Translations under genes and position numbers: made by a program
Notes under the pieces: generated by a model
Told to the model about the DNA's origin: nothing
Databases searched by the model: none
Seen by the model: the letters and a program-made list of their open reading frames with translations, nothing else
Origin: an uncultured candidate division Zixibacteria bacterium
GTDB lineage: Bacteria; Zixibacteria; MSB-5A5; GN15; FEB-12
Length of the DNA: 64,000 bases
Reading direction: 5' to 3'
Assembly (NCBI GenBank): GCA_963711085.1
Contig: CAVQCT010000002.1
Location: 263,592-327,591 of the forward strand
Shown: positions 43,901-52,023 of the stretch, piece after piece
Layout of the letters: each line of letters begins with the position of its first letter
Position numbering within the stretch: position 1 is the stretch's first letter

Positions 43901-44600
43901 CGAAGTGTGACCAGATCATATCAGTTAGCCCTGTTTGTTCTGCACCAGGTCCGGCGTGTACAATAAAGATCCCGTCGCACCAGCCATTGCCGTCATTGTC
44001 AAACTGTGAAAAGTCAACTAACGGATCGGCGAGAGTTATTGCGTCTTCAACCATGCGTTGAGCATTGTGCGGGTAATTTCCAAGACCGTTATCATTGTTG
44101 ACATAGTATGCGTACGTCTGTGGTAGCCGGAGCCATCCGATAACTGTTCCATTGAGATGAAATCGATCGTAAGAATTATCGTCATAAAATTCGGTCATCG
44201 AGTATTGTCCGTCGGCGCTGTCATCCGAGAAAAGAAGATTCTGGAAGTCTGCCGGCTGACCGTATAAGTCACCAGCTGAAGCGGGGTTATCTGAAAAGTC
44301 GACCAGGAGGACCAACACATTGAAAGTATCGGGTGCCGTTCTTTGTGAAAGCGCTTCATTCGGCGCAACTTTCGAGTCATAATATGCCGGTGCTGCACGA
44401 TCTATCCCCTTGGCTCTTGCAGCCTTTAGTCGCTCGATCAGAGCGTTAAGCTTGCCAGAGGCTTTGAGTTTGAGAACAAGATCTGGTGATGGTGGCATAG
44501 CTTTAGCTGTCGAGTGACAAAACTGCAAACAGATCAGAATAGTCACCGCTAAGAGCTTCGACACTTGTTGATACCGAGGAGTTGAAACAGCATATCTCAT
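40908..44600 (-). CDS. M6 (immune inhibitor A) family metalloprotease with C-terminal dockerin
   Basis: Signal peptide, AMPP prodomain, HAG.GAE, HEYGHFLGLPDLYD, WSLMSSGSWN, EYFLVENR; GDVNRDG...DISDLIYLVDY twice. Confidence 0.93.
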   Translation of the reverse strand: MRYAVSTPRYQQVSKLLAVTILICLQFCHSTAKAMPPSPDLVLKLKASGKLNALIERLKAARAKGIDRAAPAYYDSKVAPNEALSQRTAPDTFNVLVLLVDFSDNPASAGDLYGQPADFQNLLFSDDSADGQYSMTEFYDDNSYDRFHLNGTVIGWLRLPQTYAYYVNNDNGLGNYPHNAQRMVEDAITLADPLVDFSQFDNDGNGWCDGIFIVHAGPGAEQTGLTDMIWSHFGSTSYTMHLDGVDIQGYTTEPEELQGVGLITIGVFCHEYGHFLGLPDLYDPDYSSSGIGDWSLMSSGSWNYSGRYPAFLDAWCKKQLGFLTPNNISSGAPGLTIPASIHNPVAYRLWRRGITGNEYFLVENRQKVGHDIGIPGSGLLIFHVDEGVNDNTDENHPLLGVMQADGRLDLQEGLNLGDSTDVWSTFTQTEFSDSTVPNTRSYAGETTRTTIGNISSPGIGMTADFDIALPSISLDHVDGLYAPDTIPTGQLITFWIRLISDSMSHHGMTNGFRIHSHDWPDLDVACWGSTVADTLPLNWKQWFSLIFQISKFGPGCYSDTVGFGGSYLPGGSTGLPPGFDSVAYKITIGPIDSQYNGKTIILDSGFYRPTGRWKWTGPDAFPRWDGPHTYHIYDPNSGPTACGDLGARPNPDGWQFCNCLNNMWPQSWWGQFDYTSSQYPASWRFVCSPSDFPDWPLFVDAFGASQCYFDPPPGLIIYRPSAIAKWLGIKGAWGGSCFGFAVAADLFFDGYLSLASEFPGASNLYGVPINDESRKTINKYWIYQFGETQQQYSNEGYNYSTSSQTLADCQEMFQSSAPPRDDRVLVLYNNHGSGGHAVVPYRCEPDQSNSNIYYIYVYDNNYPNDFTCRIAINTSSNTWSYDRLSGWGGSQHLFLMGPVSDYESSPILSETDPSHGHLSNEKNGSASEHIEIYLPTTGTLALESPNGNIGLVGDSLFDDLADGMPIIPLTGQETPPIGYYLPNDRWIIHATDLSDTSFTLTLVTDSTVMKYTDSSMSLGGVVSLAYPGNDSMVTVSNQNSGESRYSMQIIDIHPDSEIVCEAQNISSAPGDSIRFSLSTGSEFKVDNFGPTTSYSLRVQITNNTIDTVFYHSGINIAATSSQSIVPDWRTHGDSIMILVDSDMSGEPDDTLNLPNEMEPGCCDVRGDVNRDGSVDISDLIYLVDYSFSGGSAPLCEEEGDVNGDKTIDVTDLIYLVDYSFSNGSAPVPCQ

Positions 44601-44945
44601 ATATTCTCCCTGAATCCTAACACATGAACTTTGTCTGTCCTCGTCCTCTCAGAAGGAATATGTACAAATCATCGAGAATCTCAGATGACCGGCAGCTTGC
44701 CGCATACTAAGGACAGAAATCTCCTTTGACAGAGATTTCTCTTTCGCACAAGTCCCTCGTGCGTTGCCGGATAGTTTTATTCCCGGTTGTGCCCGTATTG
44801 GTGGTCATGGATAATCAAAAGAGTGATCTTTAGTCAACTCTCCTTCACTCACTTTTGCATCACGTTCTTTCTTGAATATCTTGACCTCTACGCTGTTCCC
44901 ACGCAGTATGCCGATCATCATCGAAGCAGCCCCAACTCTTTGATG

Positions 44946-47291
44946 TTAGAGGTGATCACATGGTGATGGTCCATCTCCGAACATGTATGTAACCATATAG
45001 ATTAGATCTGATACGTCGACGCCTCCGTCGCAATTTACATCCGCCGCTTCAGTAATTGGAATTGGACCAGGACCGCCGTTAAACTGGTAATCCACAAGAT
45101 AAACGAGATCCGAAACATCGCTCACTCCGTCGGCATTGACATCACCTGGGACGAGGATAGCACCAGGCAGCACGTTGTAACTTTCTGAACCAACGGCCAA
45201 AACACCAGTCGAGTTGTCAAGATGCCCACGAATCTGGCTCCTACCTCTGATTGGGCTTGATTCTGGGTAAAGATCATTGATAATGAGTGTCTGAACCGTC
45301 AAATCTACCATACCAGTAGAGATACTATACGATCCGAAATTGGTCGCCGAAACTGAGGTGTCAAGCGAGATGTGATTCGGCCCCGTCTCAATTGATCCAA
45401 GCTCTACCGAAGGACAATCAAATGAATAATCACTTAGCACGATGTTTAGAGTATCAGGGTTTGATGACACCGACGCCTCAGCGGTAAAGGCTCCTGTGAA
45501 GCCCGATACATAAAGTCGGTATCCCCCGAGAATATCGGGAAGATCGTACCATGCCGATCGAGGTAGAGTGTCGATCAGACTGAAGTTAATCTGTGCTGGA
45601 GCAGTAGGAAGAGGTACAGAAGTTTGGAAGAACAGTGTTGGATCGGCCTTACCTTTCTTCTGAGGACTATCGCAGCTAGAAAACGTGCCGCAATCAAACC
45701 AGTCGCCTACATATACCGTTCCGCCGTCAGCCAAGCAAGTTGTCGAGGGATAATCCTCTGTGATTTCACGACAATCGGAACTACCAAGACAACAGATCGC
45801 ATCACCAGTTATTGATAGAGGATGATTCATCAATTGCATGTCGAAGTTCTCGAGGCTCGTCCAGTCGGAGACGTGTGCTGCGATCACGTTCTCCTGTCCG
45901 GTGTGCAAATAGCTTGTGATATCAATGTCGGGGACAGAGTAGTTTGGATTACAAGGCGGATCGCCGTTAACACACCCCGCCTGATGACATCCGGTTCCCC
46001 ACGCGCCTATTTGAATGCCGTTTATCCAAACTGAAATTGCATCGTCACTCTTGAAATGAATAGATACTCCGTCCCCCGATTCCGAGCCGCCATAGCTATA
46101 TGTTAGTCGGTAAAATCTGTCGCAATAGTCGCATCCCCAGCCTGTATTTGGAAGTAATACCGGCGCCCACTGACCAGGAGTCACAACAAAATCTGGCTGA
46201 TACCAATTGTGAGAAGAATCGTCAGATGGCCCAACGCAGTCACCCATTGGAGTTGTAGAAAACCAAGTGCCCGTTCGGATATCAAGCTGGAAGTGCATGC
46301 CACCCCAATCTCGAAGCAGGCCACCGGATGAGTGGTTTGGGCGGAAATACGCGGACACCACACCAGTATCATTCTGGCCGGAGACTTGGCCCACAAAAAC
46401 AAAAGTTGCTGTGTCACCCGGATCTACTACTGCTTCTTGCATGGTGCATGGTGATTCCAAATTAATCCAAGAGTGATAATGAAGGGGGCTGCTTCCATCA
46501 GACAATACGTTGCCTTCTGAGTCACAAGCTTTCAACTCAACATAATCATTGTGATGTGCTTCTGGATCGTTGAACCAGGGCGTCCGCCCATTGTTTACAA
46601 ACTTCACGGTGAACTGAATGGGTTGATCGGAGGGAATAGCAGCCACCCCCGATGGCATTTGGGAGCCGTACGAGCATGCATAGAACTTATAGTCAGGATC
46701 ACGCAGCCAACCTTGTACCTCATACCCTGAACCGAATGTACCGACCATGTAAGGTGCTTCGGAAGAGAGTGAGAGCCGACATGGATCATTATTAGCATCA
46801 GTGGTTCTATTCTGGTCGATCATCAAGAGATAATCATCACCGATTTCCATGACGATTCCGACGTGGCCCACGTTTGAGTGTCCCGGCGCCGGGCCAAAGC
46901 ACAGAATGTCCCCTGGTTGAGGTTTTGCTTCATTGCCCTGAGCAAACCTTACGAGGTTATTGTTGTCTCCCACACCTCCATCTGCTAGTCCAAAAGCGTT
47001 CTTGGCATCTCCCCAGGAAGTTACAATTGGGTCCCCTACCTCATCTCCGTAGAATCGCTTTACGAACTCAACGCACTGATATCTATAGCCATAATCACTG
47101 GTTCCGTCGCAGCAGTCTACGTCCGATCCATTCGAGTAGGCTACGATATTCCTGAACGAGTTTAATTCGGTTCCCCAGTTTCCGGGACAATCTCCCGCGC
47201 ACTGCGCCTGTGGAGATTTGATACTAGGCATCAGGCCAATAGACAACACAAGCAACCAGCGCAACATCCTCATGACTTCCTCCTTAATCAC
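44946..47291 (-). CDS. Secreted CHAP-domain protein with Ig-like, jelly-roll and dockerin domains
   Basis: QCVEFVKR...GDA...PGDI...GHVGIV CHAP Cys/His; GDVNADG...DLVYLVDY dockerin. Confidence 0.85.
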   Translation of the reverse strand: MIKEEVMRMLRWLLVLSIGLMPSIKSPQAQCAGDCPGNWGTELNSFRNIVAYSNGSDVDCCDGTSDYGYRYQCVEFVKRFYGDEVGDPIVTSWGDAKNAFGLADGGVGDNNNLVRFAQGNEAKPQPGDILCFGPAPGHSNVGHVGIVMEIGDDYLLMIDQNRTTDANNDPCRLSLSSEAPYMVGTFGSGYEVQGWLRDPDYKFYACSYGSQMPSGVAAIPSDQPIQFTVKFVNNGRTPWFNDPEAHHNDYVELKACDSEGNVLSDGSSPLHYHSWINLESPCTMQEAVVDPGDTATFVFVGQVSGQNDTGVVSAYFRPNHSSGGLLRDWGGMHFQLDIRTGTWFSTTPMGDCVGPSDDSSHNWYQPDFVVTPGQWAPVLLPNTGWGCDYCDRFYRLTYSYGGSESGDGVSIHFKSDDAISVWINGIQIGAWGTGCHQAGCVNGDPPCNPNYSVPDIDITSYLHTGQENVIAAHVSDWTSLENFDMQLMNHPLSITGDAICCLGSSDCREITEDYPSTTCLADGGTVYVGDWFDCGTFSSCDSPQKKGKADPTLFFQTSVPLPTAPAQINFSLIDTLPRSAWYDLPDILGGYRLYVSGFTGAFTAEASVSSNPDTLNIVLSDYSFDCPSVELGSIETGPNHISLDTSVSATNFGSYSISTGMVDLTVQTLIINDLYPESSPIRGRSQIRGHLDNSTGVLAVGSESYNVLPGAILVPGDVNADGVSDVSDLVYLVDYQFNGGPGPIPITEAADVNCDGGVDVSDLIYMVTYMFGDGPSPCDHL

Positions 47292-47487
47292 TGAACTTTG
47301 CCCCGAAGGATTACCCTCCTAAAAGTCGGACGTGACAACGTAGAAGCACAGCACGAAAGGCATTCCTACGAATAGTCAATTTAATATTGTAAGCTAGCTC
47401 ACGGCCCGACGCTTGGCAAGGTCTTTTGTCGCGAGACGTCGCACGCCTGATGCCCCCAGATGGGTATTGAGCGCATGAGAGCTTAGC

Positions 47488-47670
47488 TCAGCGATATTTC
47501 TTCAACCAATTATCCAGTGTCTGATAATCGGATAGCCCTAGCGGCCTGGCGGCTTTGGTCTTTACGCCATGCGATTCGGTCATGGCTTTGGTAACGTAAT
47601 GACGCATGACTTCAGACATGACCTCATGGAAATTGCACCCGGCGCCCAGTGGACGGTCAAGTACATTGTC
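47488..47670 (-). pseudogene. C-terminal Fis-type HTH remnant of a sigma-54-type regulator
   Basis: RHYV.KAM..S.GVKTKAAR.LGL..YQTL.NWLKKY. Confidence 0.55.
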
Positions 47671-47679
47671 TGGCGGCTG

Positions 47680-48105
47680 GAATAAATGAAGCACGTCATC
47701 GGCAGTCAGCTGCCGACTGACCCAGATAACAAGGCACTCCCGGGTGTATCCATCGACAACATTCAGGATACGTAACGGCCAGTTGTCGTGGGTCCGGTCA
47801 AGAACAAAGTCATATGACCAGAGATGATTCGGGTATTCCGCCCGCCGTCTCACACAGGAGCCAGCGTTGAACCACAACCGACCTCGTTTCGGCTGTTTCT
47901 TCGGAACCTTCAGCCCCTCCTGCCGCCAGATCCACCCCCTTGTGATTCACCCGGAAACCCTCCGCTCTCAGTAACGCCGTAATCCGCCGATACCAATAAA
48001 GTCCGTACTCACGGGCCAACACCGTGATCCATTGTCTCAGCCGCAGCTCCATGAACATTGTCTGCGGCTCATGCAGCTGCGTCGAACGAGGCTGTTTCAA
48101 CACCC
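47680..48105 (-). mobile_element. IS3-family transposase remnant (degraded)
   Basis: YRRITALLRAEGFRVNHK, PNHLWSYDFV.DRT, LNVVDGYTRECL; frameshifted and truncated. Confidence 0.85.
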
Positions 48106-48179
48106 CAAACCGGATACCGGTCTAGTCCTCTACCCTGCTTGGATCGGGCGGCCCATAAGCCACGAGCATGTCAGAAAAC

Positions 48180-48347
48180 TCAGAATCTTCTGGTCATCTT
48201 GTCGACGCATTCTGAAGGTGCACCACTGTCAGGGTGGAATCCTTGAGGCCTTTTCTTCATATCGCAGTTTGCTTTGTTCCGGTCTGAGCTCCACAATTTG
48301 CAGTGGACACAATCTTGGCATCGATCTCCCGATTTGATTTTCGTCAT
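48180..48347 (-). CDS. Putative small Cys-rich protein (55 aa)
   Basis: GAGGG RBS, ATG, CQDCVHC...C...C. Confidence 0.4.
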   Translation of the reverse strand: MTKIKSGDRCQDCVHCKLWSSDRNKANCDMKKRPQGFHPDSGAPSECVDKMTRRF

Positions 48348-48511
48348 AACCCTCATCCCGTCTTGAATCGTTTCAATATCAGGTCCTATGTTCAATTCAC
48401 AAAAGAAGTTAACGCACGCGATTTTCGAAATGTTGGAGAATATTCTAGTGTGACAATTCTCCGGCCGCAAGTACATTTTGCTAAATACTTGAAGGATTGT
48501 CTTACGCGGGC

Positions 48512-48541
48512 TTGACAAACATGGTGGTAAGTATATATATT
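48512..48541 (+). promoter_or_regulatory. Putative sigma70 promoter of the Hsp70 operon
   Basis: TTGACA with TATATA or TATATT at 16 or 18 bp spacing. Confidence 0.5.
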
Positions 48542-48664
48542 CTCGTTGCTTAGGAGGTGCTAAGCGCAGGGCTTCAGCTAGCTTTTCAACTATGTACTCT
48601 GTTCGCTTCCACAAACTTTTCTGACAACAAAAGAGCTGGATGGCAGCAAGTGGACCACGCAGGT

Positions 48665-48922
48665 ATGACCGAATCAATGCTGATTTCCTTGGTGATTTTC
48701 TTAGGAATACTCTTTCTGATGTTGAAGATGTTTCTTGGAAAAAGAGGGTTTGAAGAGTTTAAGGCCAGATGGGTGTTCGAGATAAGCTGGATTATCATAA
48801 CATCTCCTTTCAAGTTGATTGGCTATGTTTGTAATCTTGTGCTTGAGTCATTTGTAAGATACAGGGCCGCCAACGTACCTCCAGGAAGAAGGCTCTTTCA
48901 ATTCATAAAGAAACTATTTTGA
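48665..48922 (+). CDS. Hypothetical small membrane protein
   Basis: Two hydrophobic segments; first gene of the co-oriented cluster. Confidence 0.5.
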   Translation: MTESMLISLVIFLGILFLMLKMFLGKRGFEEFKARWVFEISWIIITSPFKLIGYVCNLVLESFVRYRAANVPPGRRLFQFIKKLF

Positions 48923-48954
48923 AGTGACCTCTTGCAAGGGCGAGGCAAGAAGAC

Positions 48955-49626
48955 ATGGAACCAGAAGAGCAGGGTCCATCTAGTACCCATAAGATCGGAA
49001 AAGAAACAGAAATCAAGAACGCAACATCGGTTAATCATCAGAACACTAACAGCGACGGCGGCAAAGTCCCGCATGACGACTGGCAAAATGGGATCCTACA
49101 GAGTGGAGACAAAATGACTGCGCTTCTGGAGCAAAATGAATTGATTCTGTCAAAACTGGATGACATATACAAGAGTTTGGAGGATAGCACTGAAAAGGGG
49201 CGTTTGATTGAAAGCCTCTTCCGCAAGAACAAAGAATATGAGGAGGACTTCTTCTTTAACAAGATTATCAAAAGACTATTTCTGGATGTGATTAAAGTCT
49301 TCGAAAGAGTGGACCGAATCTACCTGGGTGAACTTGATGCCTATCATCAAGAAACTGAGACGTCTAAGAAATTCTTAAGCCTTCGCCGCGAAATGTTGCA
49401 GCTGCTCAGACGAAACGACATTGAGTTGAAAGACACAACTGGAGCTGCTTTTGACGAGTCAATCTGTGAGGCTATAGACATCAAGGCTGTTGATACACCG
49501 GAGGACGACATGAAGATAGTAGAGGTCATCTCTCCGGCATTTTACTATTTGAACAAACTGCTGAAACCTGCCATGGTCGTGGTGGGAAAATATACCAGCA
49601 ATAGTAAGGAATACCGACATGAGTAA
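48955..49626 (+). CDS. GrpE-like nucleotide exchange factor
   Basis: Coiled coil followed by GAAFDESICEAI...IVEVISPAFYYLNKLLKPAMVVV; overlaps the Hsp70 start. Confidence 0.85.
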   Translation: MEPEEQGPSSTHKIGKETEIKNATSVNHQNTNSDGGKVPHDDWQNGILQSGDKMTALLEQNELILSKLDDIYKSLEDSTEKGRLIESLFRKNKEYEEDFFFNKIIKRLFLDVIKVFERVDRIYLGELDAYHQETETSKKFLSLRREMLQLLRRNDIELKDTTGAAFDESICEAIDIKAVDTPEDDMKIVEVISPAFYYLNKLLKPAMVVVGKYTSNSKEYRHE

Positions 49627-51157
49627 AGTTCTAGGTATCGATCTTGGAACAACCAATTCCTGTATGTCAGTAATTGACGAAAATGGGCGACCGAAGATAA
49701 TCCCTAACTCTGAAGGCGAAAATACAACACCATCGGTGATCCTCTTTAGGGACGGAGAACGAATTGTTGGTAGAAGAGCAAAGCGATCTGCTGTCGCTCA
49801 GCACAAAAATGTCGCTATGTTGATGAAGACAACAATGATAGCCGAAGACAGTACTCCTTTTGTTGACGCACAAGGGAATGAGTATAGCTTCGAAGAACTG
49901 TCGGCGACCGTATTGAGAAAGCTGAAACTTGATGCTGAGAGAGCTCTTGGTTATGGAATAACTCAGGCGATAATAACAGTTCCCGCGTATTTTCAGAACT
50001 ACGAAAGAAACCGAACAAAAGCTGCGGGTGAGGTAGCTGGTTTTGAGGTGTTGCGTATCATAAACGAACCGACTGCCGCTGCCCTATCTTACGGACTGGA
50101 TCAAGGACACAAGAGCCAAACGGTGCTAGTTTTCGATCTCGGTGGGGGCACCTTTGATGTGACCATTATCAGGGTCGAAGGAAACGATATCCGAGTCCTC
50201 AGCACTGACGGCAATAAATCTCTCGGGGGTTCTAACTTTGACGGTGAGCTTGTAGATTTTTTCTACGAGCAATTCAAGGAACAGACAGGCGTCGATTTAA
50301 GCGAAGAGGACAATGAAAGGAGAATTCTGCAGGATTTTACTGACAGGGCTGAGTCGGCCAAGATAGACTTGTCGGCGGATACTGTCGTATATGTTGCCCT
50401 ATCTGCCGCAGGCAAAACTGTTGATATTGAGCTCACCCGCGAGAAATTCGAATCACTGATTGCTTCATATATTGAGGAAACGCGAGAGACTACAAACAGT
50501 TGTCTCCAGGCCGCGTCGCTTGAATGGACTGACATTGACAAGGTACTTTTAGTTGGTGGATCAACGAGAATACCGGCTATAAGCAAGATGCTCGAAGAAC
50601 TTTCCAACAAGAAAGCGGAAATGGGTATAAATCCAGATGAAGTTGTTGCCATGGGGGCGGCGATAATTGGTGCCACGGAAGTCGGTCAAACTGTCGTTGA
50701 CAAAACCGGTGGCAAAGTTGCTAAGATTTCAATTACTGATGTAACAGGACATTCTCTGGGTATTATCGCGCTAGATGCGACGAAAGGCAAGGACTGCAAT
50801 TCTATTATCATACCGGCGCAAACGCCTATCCCAGCAGAAAACACAGAACCTTTTGTTACGGTTGAAGATAACCAAACATCAATTAGGATAACAGTTCTTC
50901 AAGGCGAGGATGAAGATCCGGAATCGTGTCGCAAAATTGGTGAGGGATTCCTGATTAAGGGCCTTCCCCCAAAACCTAGAGGACAAGTAAAAATCCATGT
51001 CACTCTAGGCTACGATCGGGAAGGAATAATTCATGTAAGAGCGGTCGAACCCACCTCAGGTGCCGAGGTTGCCGGTGAACTTAAAGACCCTACTCGTGTG
51101 ACCGGAGCGCAAATTTCAGACATGAGGGACAAAGTATCAAAGGTTGATATTAGGTAG
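49619..51157 (+). CDS. Specialised Hsp70-family protein lacking the helical lid
   Basis: GIDLGTTNS, TVPAYF, INEPTAAAL, DLGGGTFD, VGGSTRIP; 512 aa, ends just after the beta substrate-binding domain. Confidence 0.95.
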   Translation: MSKVLGIDLGTTNSCMSVIDENGRPKIIPNSEGENTTPSVILFRDGERIVGRRAKRSAVAQHKNVAMLMKTTMIAEDSTPFVDAQGNEYSFEELSATVLRKLKLDAERALGYGITQAIITVPAYFQNYERNRTKAAGEVAGFEVLRIINEPTAAALSYGLDQGHKSQTVLVFDLGGGTFDVTIIRVEGNDIRVLSTDGNKSLGGSNFDGELVDFFYEQFKEQTGVDLSEEDNERRILQDFTDRAESAKIDLSADTVVYVALSAAGKTVDIELTREKFESLIASYIEETRETTNSCLQAASLEWTDIDKVLLVGGSTRIPAISKMLEELSNKKAEMGINPDEVVAMGAAIIGATEVGQTVVDKTGGKVAKISITDVTGHSLGIIALDATKGKDCNSIIIPAQTPIPAENTEPFVTVEDNQTSIRITVLQGEDEDPESCRKIGEGFLIKGLPPKPRGQVKIHVTLGYDREGIIHVRAVEPTSGAEVAGELKDPTRVTGAQISDMRDKVSKVDIR

Positions 51158-51164
51158 AGCGATC

Positions 51165-52009
51165 ATGCTTGATAACTATTATGAATTGCTCGGATTGGAT
51201 GCTGGTGCGACCTTTGAAGAGATAAGAAAAATCATTAACGCCAAAATTCGCGAGATTCAGGGCGATCGCTACAGTACGGACAGAAAGAGATCGGAAGAGG
51301 CAACGTTGAAGCTTAGGCAGCTGCAGCAAATCAAGAAGACGTTGTTGGATACTGGACAAAGAAACGAATATGATCAGCAGGTAGGTCTTGAAAACAGTGC
51401 CGCTTCTGAAGACCGAATACAGATCAAACTTACCCTAGAAAATCTCCTTGGAGAACCGACATCCTCATCCGTGAGCAATGCTCAACCTATGCTATAGCGC
51501 TTGTCATCGACACCTCTGGCAGCATGTGCGGCCAGAGTATCCTTGACGCTAAAGACGCCATGCATAGTTTTTTGGATGATCTGAAGGATATTCGCTGTCG
51601 GGTAGCCCTGGTGAGTTTCGGCGACCGGACTGGTTTGATTTGTCCTCTGACAGAAAATCACGGAACCGTGAGACGAGGTATTGATTCTCTCGTAGTTTCG
51701 AATGGGACTCCACTATTGGCCGCCATGACAACTGCAAACGAAACGCTTTTTGATGAGATCAACAACGTATCGCTGTGCGTTATCGCAACTGACGGCCACC
51801 CCGACGAAAGCCAAGATACCATTCTCGGCTACGCCTGCAAAATGAAGGGCAGAGGTATTAGGATTGTAGTTATCGGTATCGGATCCGGCATACCAGAGGA
51901 TTTCCTCAGGCAGCTCGCCTCATCCGAAGATGACTATTTCTTCGCCAAGGCCAGTGTTGAGTTGAAGAAGATCTACAGAAAAATCTCAGATGGTTTAACG
52001 AGAATGTAG
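51165..52009 (+). CDS. Degenerate J-domain plus vWA fusion; 1-bp frameshift near 51490
   Basis: NYYELLGL...A...EIRK...LLD...R.EYD with no HPD; IALVIDTSGSM MIDAS, GTPL, ATDG. Confidence 0.8.
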
Positions 52010-52023
52010 GCAGTTGATTTAGA

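Noticed and set aside
44700-44800. Structured leader or riboswitch before the M6 protease gene
   Set aside because: Several hairpins are present but I can match no known family; an Rfam scan is needed
49619-51157. Housekeeping dnaK-dnaJ-grpE operon
   Set aside because: The Hsp70 is short and lidless, the J-domain lacks HPD and the zinc finger, and no hrcA/CIRCE was seen; gene symbols withheld
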